From: Planctomycetota bacterium
GTDB taxonomy: Bacteria; Planctomycetota; UBA8108; SXIK01
Assembly: GCA_965223265.1 (NCBI GenBank)
Contig: OZ244999.1
Coordinates: forward strand, 2,304,001-2,368,000
Direction of reading: 5' to 3'
Length of the DNA stretch: 64,000 bases
In this document: positions 48,634 through 58,007 of the stretch, in pieces
How the letters are laid out: the number at the start of each line of letters is the position of its first letter
Position numbering within the stretch: the first letter of the stretch is position 1
The notes under the pieces: model-generated
What the model was told of the DNA's origin: nothing
What the model saw: only the letters and a program-made list of their open reading frames with translations
Database searches by the model: none
Made by a program: the position numbers and the translations under genes

Positions 48634-49563
48634 TTAGTTCTCATCTGGCGACTGGCGATCGGCGCCGCGGTCGGCTGCTTTCGCTGCAATCAAGTCTCTA
48701 AGCAGGGGGGTGTCGCCACCCCTGGGGACGAGCGTCAATTCAGCGTCCGACTCGAGTAGTTTGTTGACTTCGAGGACGCGGAGGAGCGCTTGGACAGTTC
48801 CCGGTTCTTCCGAAATCTCTCGAAATGCTTCGCCGACAATCTGCGGACGAATCGCCGCGGCGCGGGCGAGTTCCACCGCTGCCTCTTTCTCGGCCTTGCT
48901 ATCGATGATGTTCACCTGGTTGTCGCCTGCTTGGCGAATAGCTGACGTCACCTGCCGCAAACGGTTGACGACCTTCTGCTCGATCTGCGCGATCATTTCG
49001 TCGTCTCGAAAGTGAACTTTGCGAATGTAAACCGATCCGAGGCGATAGCCCCAAGCCTCCGCTGCTGGAGATACTTCAGCTCGGACCGCTCGACTCATAC
49101 TATGGCGATCTTCGAGCATTTTGCCGAGGGGAAGGTTACTGAGTTCGCGCACAGCTGCATTGGCGACGTTCGCCCGCAGAGATCCAGCGGGATCTGTGTT
49201 TTCGAACAGAAACGAGACGGGATCGCCTACGCGCATTTCGTACCAGACACCGATGCCCATCGGCGTACCCTCTTCGGTGTTCACGGGCTGGCTGCGAAGA
49301 TACGTCTGGTCGAGGCGTAGATCGACGTCGTAGACGTTGCCGAAAAAGCGCACCAGAAGAGCTTTCGGTCCGAATGCACCGATCGGAAAGCAAATTCCAG
49401 GTTGATCAAGAACGCCGACAACCTTTCCAAACAGCAGATAGACTCGGCCGCGGCACTCATCGATCGTCGTGTAGATGCAGAAAAAGCGAGCGATCGCCGA
49501 GAGAATAGGGACACCGACGAGGAGGGCAACGAACACCCAAAATGCTGTCTGAGTGACGCTCAT
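48634..49563 (-). CDS. SPFH/Band 7 domain protein
   Basis: N-terminal TM; VDLRLDQ, QPVNTEEG, WGYRLGSVYIRKV; Ala/Glu-rich coiled C-terminus. Confidence 0.8.
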   Translation of the reverse strand: MSVTQTAFWVFVALLVGVPILSAIARFFCIYTTIDECRGRVYLLFGKVVGVLDQPGICFPIGAFGPKALLVRFFGNVYDVDLRLDQTYLRSQPVNTEEGTPMGIGVWYEMRVGDPVSFLFENTDPAGSLRANVANAAVRELSNLPLGKMLEDRHSMSRAVRAEVSPAAEAWGYRLGSVYIRKVHFRDDEMIAQIEQKVVNRLRQVTSAIRQAGDNQVNIIDSKAEKEAAVELARAAAIRPQIVGEAFREISEEPGTVQALLRVLEVNKLLESDAELTLVPRGGDTPLLRDLIAAKAADRGADRQSPDEN

Positions 49564-50560
49564 GACTGCACCTCTCCGATTATGCGCTGCGCTCGCGGCA
49601 GTAGGTCGATCTCGACCTTGCGAAGATACGCGTCGAGTGCCACGTCGCCGTTTTTCTTGAGGAGAGCGAGCTGTTCCGCCATTCTGAGCAGTGGCTGAAC
49701 TTCCGCCTCGGCGCGCATTGTCTCAATTTCGACTGCACGCTTTGACTGCTCGATTTTTTGATCTGCGACGGCACGGGCGGCGCTGATTTCTGCAGAAACT
49801 TCGTTGTGCGCGGTGGTGATCGCCGCCAACGCGGACTCGATTTCGTCCGGTGGATCCATTCCAGTGATCAACGATGCATCGAGAACGATGCCGTAGCGTG
49901 CCGCTGAGGATGAGCACTCTCGATCCATGTCAATATTGAGCTGGTTGAGATTCTTGCGCAGATCATTGATCGAGATGCCTTCGATCTCGAGGGAGTCGGA
50001 AACGACGTCAGGCAACTCTTGCTCCGCCTTCTCACCCTGCGGGCTGCGAAAAATGGCGATGCGCTCCCGCAAGATCGAAACAAAGTAGCCCATGACGTGA
50101 GCGATCGGTCGGTGGACCCCAAAAAGGTATGCGTAGAGGTTGTCCTCACTCACCTTGAATCGCAGTTGCCCGCGAACGCCAATGTTCAGCTGATCCTTCG
50201 TGACGGCGTCCAAGATCGTGTTGTTGTGATTAGCCTCTGGCGCCTCCGGTCGAATGCTGCATTGACGGTCTGAATCGCCACGTTCACTCGGTGAACTTTC
50301 TGCCAAGGCCATTTCAGATAAGGACCGCCGGGGCCGATGGTACGCAGCTGTGGATAGGAGTAACGTTCCCGCTGATCGTCGTTCAGGTTGTGAGCTATGG
50401 GTAGATCCAGCGTCGTTTTACTGCCGACTCTCTGGGCGCGCCCGAAGCTCGTGAGGACGACTCGTTCGTTCTGCTGCACGGTGAAAAACCCTGTCAGCAC
50501 GACGCGAACGAAGAAGTAGGCGGACAGCCCGATGACGGCGCCGAAAACGAGTTCTTGCAT
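49560..50560 (-). pseudogene. SPFH domain protein with a single frameshift near 50248 (pseudogene or sequencing error)
   Basis: ORFs 50186..50560 and 49560..50312 join as NAAFD-PEAPEAN if one G is added to gg at 50248-50249. Confidence 0.75.
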
Positions 50561-50891
50561 GTTTGATCCTTGAGAAGATTACGGACTTCGATAGGGCATG
50601 CTGACGAAAGCGTGAGCTACCGTCTACAGTCAGAACAGTCGGGCACGGCACGCGGCAGCATGGTCTCTCCTCAGCCTGTATTCTTCAACAAGTTTGCCTC
50701 CGTTAATCGACTCTGTTCAGATGCACTACGCGTCGCGATGAGCTTCAAGGTGAGTCTACGTGAAGAGCTCATGGAATCCACACAAGCGCGCGAGTCTTCA
50801 TGCAATCTTTACGTTGCTCTGCGACCAGATGGTCAATTGGACGTCGCGCAAAGAGATTCGCCACTGCCGCGTGAAATCTACTGGACACCGA

Positions 50892-51141
50892 CCGTATTGT
50901 TGCGAAAGAGACGCGGTTCAGGCGCTATGGGCGATTGCTTGTGCGTGCGTGATCGCGATCGCGATTGCGTGGGCGCACCGGGCACTTTGCATCTGACTCC
51001 GCATCTGTATGTGACTCTGCATCTGACTCTCCGGTGCGTCGTCCAGTCTTGAGAGCGTGAGCGCATGCGTGCAAAGCAGCAGTCACGCGTGCCGTCGTTC
51101 GGAGTCAATAGCGGAGTGCGGTTGCGTGCGTGCAGGACGCG
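50892..51141 (-). repeat. Hexamer-periodic element, inverted copy
   Basis: Reverse strand reads gagtca gatgca gagtca cataca..., gcaatc gcgatc..., gcgtctctttcgcaa; 51086-51119 is the exact reverse complement of 52205-52238. Confidence 0.7.
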
Positions 51142-51454
51142 CCTCACGATCCACGGTTCGGTGGATTGAACAGCCGCTCCTGTTTCGTTTCTATGTTGAT
51201 CGCGTGCGATCGTTCCCGTCGTGTTGCTGGCAGGTCTAGCTTTTCTATGACAAGTGAGCTGCGAGCTTGCTCTGCCATTGCCGCGAGGCCTCTAGTTTTT
51301 GGCAGCGGTGGGACTCGTTGACGTCCGGAAGTCGAACGAACCGACGCGAGCAACGTGTACATTATCGCGTGCAGGGGTAGGGGCTGGCGGTGCGTCCGGT
51401 CGATAGGCTGAGAAAGTGTCTTACGTTCTCAGTCCAATTTTACTGGAGGCACCC

Positions 51455-51805
51455 ATGCGTACGTTTTCAGTGATCTGTTTAGCGTTGTTCGTTGGTTCGA
51501 TCGCGTTTGCTGGCGTTGAAGTGCCGAAGATTGCCAAGCGCGGCGATGCAAACGGTGACGACACGGTTGATATTTCAGATCCGATCTTCATTTCGAACTA
51601 TCTGTTCTCAGCCGGTCCGGAGCCCGCATGTCTGAGCCAGGCAGATTCCAACCACGACGGAGACGTCGACAACTCCGATGTCGTCTTTCTGTTGAACTGG
51701 CTTGGTAGCTCCGGGTCTCCACCACCGCCATATCCCGGACCGTACAACGACGAGTGCGTGGATGATCCAGCGCCAAGTCCTGGCTGCGCAAATTCTTGCG
51801 AGTAG
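51455..51805 (+). CDS. Small secreted stand-alone dockerin-domain protein
   Basis: GGAGG RBS; signal peptide; KRGDANGDDTVDISD..C..ADSNHDGDVDNSD..C..C..C; 116 aa with no other domain. Confidence 0.8.
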   Translation: MRTFSVICLALFVGSIAFAGVEVPKIAKRGDANGDDTVDISDPIFISNYLFSAGPEPACLSQADSNHDGDVDNSDVVFLLNWLGSSGSPPPPYPGPYNDECVDDPAPSPGCANSCE

Positions 51806-52017
51806 TCGCGTTTCCGAGGTCGGCCGTCTGGTAGCCTCTGTGCCTCGGTGGCAGAGACGGTCCTGCGTCGTCCGCTCTCGGCCTGACCTGAATCGGTGTC
51901 GTCGGTACCTTTCGTTCGTTGGGGGCTTGGCGAACCTGCCGTGAGTTTCTTTTCCTCACGCAAGGTCGCCAAGCGCGCAACGAAAGACGCCAGAGGCGCG
52001 ACCGATCGCACGCGGAC

Positions 52018-52370
52018 CCGACAGTTGCATAGGTTTTTCGCAGGAAGGGCTCAGAAACCCTTGTCCAAAGGTCGGATCGGCAGTTGCGGCGCGTCGCGGC
52101 GGAATTCACGTTCGGTGAGGTTTGCCGCTGTGCCGTGTTCGACCAACTCGCACCATCGCTCGAACTGCAACCGCATCGTGACGCGTATCCCCACGCGCGC
52201 AACGGCACTCCGCTATTGACTCCGAACGACGGCACGCGGCAAGCGCACGCGCACGCAGACGGGAAAGGGAACGCAGGGCAGAGATGGGGGGAAAAGACCG
52301 ACGCACACCCACGCGCACGCACTCGCGATCCCGCATGGCTTAGAAGCGCTTCTCTTTTGCGGCAATGGGG
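52018..52370 (+). repeat. Hexamer-periodic element copy carrying the conserved 121-bp block
   Basis: 52018-52140 is about 80% identical by eye to 32445-32565; gcgcac/gcacac tracts; cttctcttttgcg end motif. Confidence 0.75.
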
Positions 52371-52393
52371 GCGGAGGCTATGAATGCACGCGG

Positions 52394-53149
52394 TTAAATG
52401 GACAACATGAGCTGAGCCCTTTCGCTCAGGCTCAGCACCAGATCGCTCCGCCTCTTGAGAGCCTCTTGGGTCGAAGTAGGAATCGGCAGAACCGATATGA
52501 ATTGCTCCCAACGCTCCGCCTCCAAGCAGAGATCCAGGTATTGGTAGCAAGAGACGAGCGTAGATGCGGCAACGCCTTGGCCGTACGGTGTCCTCCCTGC
52601 TGACGCGAAAATTCCTGCGTGCTCTAACAGGATGCGCGGCTCTCGTTTGTCAACTTGGAGCTGGCAGCACGCAAGCCCGCTGAGATAGAGCGACGCTTGC
52701 TCGGGAAGAGGATCGGTCTCAAGCAGCGCACGAAAGGCCCGGCGGGCCAAGTCGATCTCGCCGAGACGTAGCAAGACTTTAGCCTGCACCGCCGACAGCA
52801 GCCGCAGCTCGGAAAAGTGCTCGTCGCTGGCTCCATCCAGCGTCCATCGGGTCGCAGTGAGGATCTTGCGCAGTCGACTCTCTGAGCGCTCGAACAGAAG
52901 TATATTCTCAATCGAGTAGCACAGGAGCAGAATCGCGTGCTCTGGCGACAGAGTGGCCGAGCGTTCAACTGCCTTGCGCTTTGCCGCCGCAAACCAGCTC
53001 TCTGCTGAAAGAACTCGAAGAGACAGCGACGCGATGCGACCGCGGAAAATATCCGCGATCCAGTGGTCAGTATCGCCGAGGAAGCTCTCCCACTTTTCAA
53101 GCTCGCCTCGCCAAAGAAACTCCAATCCCCAACTGTCACCTATCTCCAT
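52394..53149 (-). CDS. Hypothetical helical (TPR-like) protein
   Basis: GGGAGGAG RBS before ATG 53149; AKVLLRLGEIDLARRAF TPR-like helix. Confidence 0.5.
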   Translation of the reverse strand: MEIGDSWGLEFLWRGELEKWESFLGDTDHWIADIFRGRIASLSLRVLSAESWFAAAKRKAVERSATLSPEHAILLLCYSIENILLFERSESRLRKILTATRWTLDGASDEHFSELRLLSAVQAKVLLRLGEIDLARRAFRALLETDPLPEQASLYLSGLACCQLQVDKREPRILLEHAGIFASAGRTPYGQGVAASTLVSCYQYLDLCLEAERWEQFISVLPIPTSTQEALKRRSDLVLSLSERAQLMLSI

Positions 53150-53426
53150 GCTCCTCCCTTCGTGAACCTCTACGTGAGACGTTTCTGCGATCGAGGCCAT
53201 CCGTTTCGCGTCTGCTCTTGTGGTGGCGAATCAATTTGCTCACCAATCGATTGCGGGTCACGTTCGGATCGTCTGTTGCTTTGATCGCCGCAAGCCACTG
53301 GTCAAGTAACGCCCACTCAGGTTCGGACGTTTGTGTTGACTCCGCGTGCCTCCGCTGGCGAGCGTCGACGAGCTCTTCCGCGAGAAGTCGGTCTTCTCTT
53401 CCTGAGGTGTTCTTCTTTTCCGACAT
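53136..53426 (-). CDS. Hypothetical protein
   Basis: ATG 53426; stop overlaps the next start region, suggesting translational coupling. Confidence 0.4.
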   Translation of the reverse strand: MSEKKNTSGREDRLLAEELVDARQRRHAESTQTSEPEWALLDQWLAAIKATDDPNVTRNRLVSKLIRHHKSRRETDGLDRRNVSRRGSRREEHGDR

Positions 53427-53805
53427 TTGACTTGAATTCCCTTCTCTGGTTTCGGCCCGCATTTCAGCGGCCGATCCGTTGACTGTCAAGTGCATGTCCA
53501 AGACTTTCAAGGAGCAGCGCGAACGTAGTCGATGAAGACTACGCGAACAACACCCAACGCTTCGCCATTCCACTTCACTCGGAACTTATCGCTCAAGCTC
53601 GCAGAGCGAGAGGCTATACACCCTCTTTCTTGGCCAGGTCAATTCAGTTGGGGCTTGGTGTGAAGGATCACGCTATGGGCGAGGCACCGATTGAGATTCG
53701 GCCGGTAGACTTTCAGCAAACCGCGGCGACGTTTCGGCGCCGACTCCGCTTCCAGTGGACGATTGAAAACAGCAACTCGGCGCCGACTCCGCTGAGGTCG
53801 ATCAA

Positions 53806-53909
53806 CAGCCTGCCTGAAAACATGCATAGTCTGTTTTGGTGAAGCTCATCGCGCTGATCTGGGGGTAGAGAGGTCGGTTTCTCAGCCGAATGACTTTTTT
53901 AATGGGCTG
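53806..53909 (+). mobile_element. Internally deleted/degenerate MITE of the 159-bp family
   Basis: cagcctgcctgaaaa ... ctgatctggg..gagaggtcggtttctcagccgaatgacttttttaatgggctg; flanks tcaa / tcag. Confidence 0.7.
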
Positions 53910-54351
53910 TCAGATGGCTACGAAGCATCCACGCGTTCTTTTCGTGAACGTCGATTCTGCGTACGCCAAGATCTGCGCTGGCGTCGTCGTGCCCTACTTG
54001 GGCGGTTTGCACGAGGCGCCTGGCCGACACCAGGACCTTTCCCGAGTCAGAGACAAGATTTCCGATCATCTCGTCGGCCGTGGGGACTCCTGTATCCTCT
54101 TCGACGGCAGACAGTGCCATGAACTGAGAGTAGCTTCCCGGTGCCGGTGCACCGAGCGATCTAACCCGCTCGGCGATCGTGTCGACAGCGATGGCCAGTT
54201 CGCTGTACTGCGTCTCGAAAAGTGTGTGGAGCGTTGTGAACATCGGGCCGGTGACGTTCCAGTGGTAGCTGTGAGTTTTCAAGTAGAGCGTGTAGGTATC
54301 GGCGAGAAGCCGCTCGAGGGTTTCGATCACTGCTCGTTGTTCGTTCGTCAT
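53899..54351 (-). CDS. dps: DNA starvation/stationary phase protection protein Dps
   Basis: LYLKTHSYHWNVTGPMF..LHTLFE..Y, DTIAERVR, HEKNAWMLRS. Confidence 0.92.
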   Translation of the reverse strand: MTNEQRAVIETLERLLADTYTLYLKTHSYHWNVTGPMFTTLHTLFETQYSELAIAVDTIAERVRSLGAPAPGSYSQFMALSAVEEDTGVPTADEMIGNLVSDSGKVLVSARRLVQTAQVGHDDASADLGVRRIDVHEKNAWMLRSHLTAH

Positions 54352-54459
54352 GGCTGACTCCCTATGATTCAGTTCGTTTCCCGTTGCGCTCCCGGGCCGT
54401 TGGGCGGCGCACTTTCTAAAGTCTACGTCGCCTGCAATGATTCGTAAAAGATCTTGATC

Positions 54460-54485
54460 CTATTGATTCAATAGGATACACCTAT
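54460..54485. promoter_or_regulatory. OxyR-type operator between the divergent dps and LysR genes
   Basis: CTAT-N7-ATAG-N7-CTAT (ctat tgattca atag gatacac ctat): three of the four tetrads of the E. coli OxyR consensus. Confidence 0.7.
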
Positions 54486-54531
54486 CATTTGGCTGGGCTG
54501 AATTCAGACGTTTCGGCTGCCTCGAACACCT

Positions 54532-55413
54532 ATGGAACTCCACCAGCTCCGTTACTTCGTCGCTGTCGCCGACGCTCGCAATTTCACTCGGGCTGCGGAG
54601 AGGTGCTCTGTCTCGCAACCGTCCTTGAGCCAACAAATCATCAAGCTGGAGGCCGAAATCGGCAAACCGCTGTTGGACCGGACGGTTCGGCGCGTCCGTC
54701 TCACCGACGCTGGAAGAGTCTTGTACGATCGAGCGGTCGAGATTCTTGCTTCGGTGGAGGCTGCTAGTCGAGAGGTCCTGGAATCCGTCGACGAGGGGCA
54801 AGTGACGGTCGGGGCGATTCCAACAGTGGCGCCGTACTTCTTGCCTCGGCTTCTTTCGCGCTTCGCCAGGAAGTGCCCGAAGGCGGAAGTGAAGGTCGTC
54901 GAAACCTTGACGGAGTTTACGCTGAGATCGTGCCTTGAGGGTGACATAGACATCACTGTCGTGGCGACGCCGATCGACGACGAGCATTTAACGGTGGAGC
55001 CTCTATTCACCGAGGAGCTACTCGTGGTGATGGCTGCGGGGCACCGATTTGCAAAGAAGAGCCGAGTCACCATGAAGGACATCGCCGGTGAACGATTCGT
55101 TCTTCTCAGTGAAACTCACTGTCTTGGAGATCAGATCGTGAGCTTCTGCAGGCAGAAGTCTTACCTGCCTGTTGTCAGCTGCGACAGCGCTCAGCTTCTC
55201 ACCGTCCAGGAACTCGTCGGGCTAGGCCAGGGTATATCGCTGATTCCGAAGATGGCTGCCGACGCGGATCGTTCAAGCCGCCGCGTCTACCGACCGCTGG
55301 CTGGGGAGAAGCCGAAGCGTACGCTCAGTATGGTCTGGCGAAAGGGGCGCTTTCAGAGCCACCTGGTGAAACGGTTCATCGACGTCATACGGGCAGAGGC
55401 GAAGCGCCATTGA
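54532..55413 (+). CDS. oxyR: LysR-family regulator, OxyR-like
   Basis: LysR HTH QLRYFVAVA..NFTRAAERC.VSQPSLSQQI; GAIPTVAPY; HCLGDQIVSFC carries the C-x8-C redox pair; divergent from dps. Confidence 0.75.
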   Translation: MELHQLRYFVAVADARNFTRAAERCSVSQPSLSQQIIKLEAEIGKPLLDRTVRRVRLTDAGRVLYDRAVEILASVEAASREVLESVDEGQVTVGAIPTVAPYFLPRLLSRFARKCPKAEVKVVETLTEFTLRSCLEGDIDITVVATPIDDEHLTVEPLFTEELLVVMAAGHRFAKKSRVTMKDIAGERFVLLSETHCLGDQIVSFCRQKSYLPVVSCDSAQLLTVQELVGLGQGISLIPKMAADADRSSRRVYRPLAGEKPKRTLSMVWRKGRFQSHLVKRFIDVIRAEAKRH

Positions 55414-55953
55414 CGTGCGAGCAGATCGGCACCAAGTGTGCCGCCTCGAACTTTGTCGCTAGATCCCGATCATCTTCGTTACGACGAAGACGCGGCGCGT
55501 CGGGATCTCGACGCCTGTTCGGTGTTCGAATCGACCTTCGATGGTCACGACCTTGCCCTCAGCGAAGCGCCGCTTGATCTCTTGCGGTAGGTCCAACTCA
55601 ATTAGCTTCCCCGCCGTTGTCATCAGCCCGAGCCCCGTGGATTCGCCGCCAATAGCCGCGTGTTCGGTCAGCCGACCTCTGTATGTGTGGGTGAATGCAT
55701 CATAGCTGTAGCGCGTCACGATCTCTCCTGTCGACCGGGTCTCTTCGACGATCAGACGCGCAAGCACACGGTCCCTGCACAGCCGCGTGCGGTGATCCGT
55801 GATCTCGATTTTCGTGAACGGTGTCGAAGTCTCATCCTCTGGCGGAGATCCCTCGCCTTCGTAGTTGATCTCGACGCTCGCGTAACGCCGCGAACCGCAG
55901 TCGTCCTCGAGGCGAGTCAGTCGATAGGTTCGCTTCTGCCGGAAGACTGCTAG

Positions 55954-56112
55954 CAGCCTGTTGAAAAAGTGCTTCGAGCCGAAAACTGGTCTCTTCGCGT
56001 CCAGATCGGCCGCGGCAAACGCAGGTAATCTCCGAGATTTTCGAGTATTGACGCGGTCGAGCTGGGCGTGAAGAGGCCGGTTTCTCGGCCGAATGACTTT
56101 TTCAACGGGCTG
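55954..56112 (+). mobile_element. 159-bp MITE, copy 4
   Basis: Intact TIRs; CTAG on both sides. Confidence 0.9.
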
Positions 56113-56116
56113 CTAG

Positions 56117-57565
56117 CTCGAGTTTGGCCATGGATTCTGGTCATGCAACGAGCCCCAATGCTGCGAACGCAGCCTGAAGGGTCTTTTGTCGCCCCCGAAC
56201 AGAAGCCGGGGTGCGTCGAAAGTGCTCGTGGAGTGATTCGGCTCGTAGCGTATCGACCATATCTTTAAACGAAGCAAAGCACTTACGTTCATACCAAGGG
56301 CGATTTGGGAATCGACATTTCTTATGACCGTGGGCGTTGAACCAAAGAATCACCATGCTGTACAACAACGCACCGAAAGGCGCCGTGCGTTGCACGGCTT
56401 CGACGGTTCGATTCTGTGGATCTTCAAAGCCGAAGTGCCCCTTGGCGTTTTCGAATGCGACCTCGATGCTCCATCGTCGCGAGTAGGTCTGAAGAATGGT
56501 CGTTGCGGACGCCTTGGTGTCGGTGGAATAGAACGCTTCGTCTTTGTTCACACCACGAGGGTCGCGCACCACGACGACCTTGATGGGGCGGTAGTCGCTC
56601 TTGAGCCAGAGGCCTTCGGTCTCTTTGACGAGAACGCGACGCTTCGCCCCGTAGAGTCGAAGATTCAGCTTTTTCCATGGCCTTCTCGAAGACGCGATCT
56701 GTTTAGGACTCGGCAGACGCTTTCCTCTTCGCCGTGGACGCCCCGTACCCGCATAGCGCCGTGGCGGCGGAGCAAAGAGCGCGGCATCCATGACGATGCG
56801 GCTGGTGAGGTGAAACCGCTCGGGAAGATTTCTCAACACCGAACCACCGCCATACGCCGAATCGCCAACCAGCAGGAAACGCCTATTTGGGTGCCATTTG
56901 GCGATCATCTCGAGCATCTCCACTGCGAGCTCGGGACGTGTGCGATAGACGGTCTCTTCACGCCACCGCTGGCTCTTCGGTCTCGTCTTGGTGACGTAGA
57001 GTCGAAACGCGATCGGAAGACACCACGAGATTCCACGCGCGAACGGGAACTCGACGATCACGCCGACGACCACCCAGTTGTGGCCCCAGCTCAGTCTCGC
57101 GAGCTTACGAGTCGACGCCAAAGCATCACGGTGCATACCACTGCCGAAGATGTGCTGCCCGCCTTTTTTGCAAAGCGTGTCGTCGACGACGAGGCGGACA
57201 ACTCCACCCGGTGGAATCAGACGCAGCGCGAGCGACAGTACCAAGCGGCCAACTTCGTCGATCGACCACTGTGCGCGATTGAAAAATCGATGGAACGTCG
57301 AGTAGCTTTTCAGTTCTACCACACCTACACGCTGAATGAGCTCGGTAACCGTCCTTCGTCGCGTGCTCAGGACCCAGCCACCGGCGAGCAACTGGAAGTT
57401 CTCAAAACTCGACGGCGTCATCAGTGGAGCAAAGCTGGCCAAGAGGGACAGAAACGACGATACTGGAGACACTCTTCACCTCCGTCCGATAATAGTGTTT
57501 TGCAACTTCGTTATCGGTAGCGGAGGTGTCTTTCTTTACCGGCCTATTCCATGGCCAAACTCGAG
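56117..57565 (-). mobile_element. Insertion sequence, IS701-like (1449 bp)
   Basis: Perfect 18-bp TIR ctcgagtttggccatgga / tccatggccaaactcgag; GCTAG duplication at 56112-56116 and 57566-57570. Confidence 0.88.
56141..57472 (-). CDS. DDE transposase (IS701-like/DDE_5)
   Basis: LVVDDTLCKK, LVGDSAYG, YSRRWSIEVAFENAK. Confidence 0.9.
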   Translation of the reverse strand: MSPVSSFLSLLASFAPLMTPSSFENFQLLAGGWVLSTRRRTVTELIQRVGVVELKSYSTFHRFFNRAQWSIDEVGRLVLSLALRLIPPGGVVRLVVDDTLCKKGGQHIFGSGMHRDALASTRKLARLSWGHNWVVVGVIVEFPFARGISWCLPIAFRLYVTKTRPKSQRWREETVYRTRPELAVEMLEMIAKWHPNRRFLLVGDSAYGGGSVLRNLPERFHLTSRIVMDAALFAPPPRRYAGTGRPRRRGKRLPSPKQIASSRRPWKKLNLRLYGAKRRVLVKETEGLWLKSDYRPIKVVVVRDPRGVNKDEAFYSTDTKASATTILQTYSRRWSIEVAFENAKGHFGFEDPQNRTVEAVQRTAPFGALLYSMVILWFNAHGHKKCRFPNRPWYERKCFASFKDMVDTLRAESLHEHFRRTPASVRGRQKTLQAAFAALGLVA

Positions 57566-58007
57566 GCTAGCGTACAGATGCCGTCGAGGCGATTCTCAAT
57601 GGTCGCCGTCGCGCCTTCTTCGGTCACCTCGGTCAGCGTCAGTTGGGCGTAGGAGTCGCAACCGATCGACGGCTCGGCACCAGGTGTTGTATAGAGCTTG
57701 AAGATCTCCTGCGGACTTCCGTCTTCCCGATCCGCGGCCGGTGTCGTTGAGTCACCCGGGTTTGCCTCACGCGCTCTCCTGTCTTCAGTGCAGCCGGAGG
57801 CGACGAGTGCGAGGATCGCTGCGGCGAGGATCCAACGAGACGTCGCTCGAGGTTGCGATGGAAAACGAAGGGACGAACTGGCTGAATTACGGTTGAACAT
57901 GATCAGCACTTTGCCAGTCTCTGGCGAGAATCTCAAACAGAGCCCGACCGTCCCGCCCGTAGCTTTGTTGACGGATGCGTGACGGTGACTCGACTGGAGC
58001 TGGCACG

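Larger units (their letters stand above)
55459..57900 (-). pseudogene. Lipoprotein gene (~274 aa) interrupted by a MITE and an IS
   Basis: Removing both elements and their duplications restores the frame ..GICTLA-VFRQKRTYRL..DCGSRRY..DHRTRLCRDR-VLARLIVEE..; lipobox LVASGC. Confidence 0.8.
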
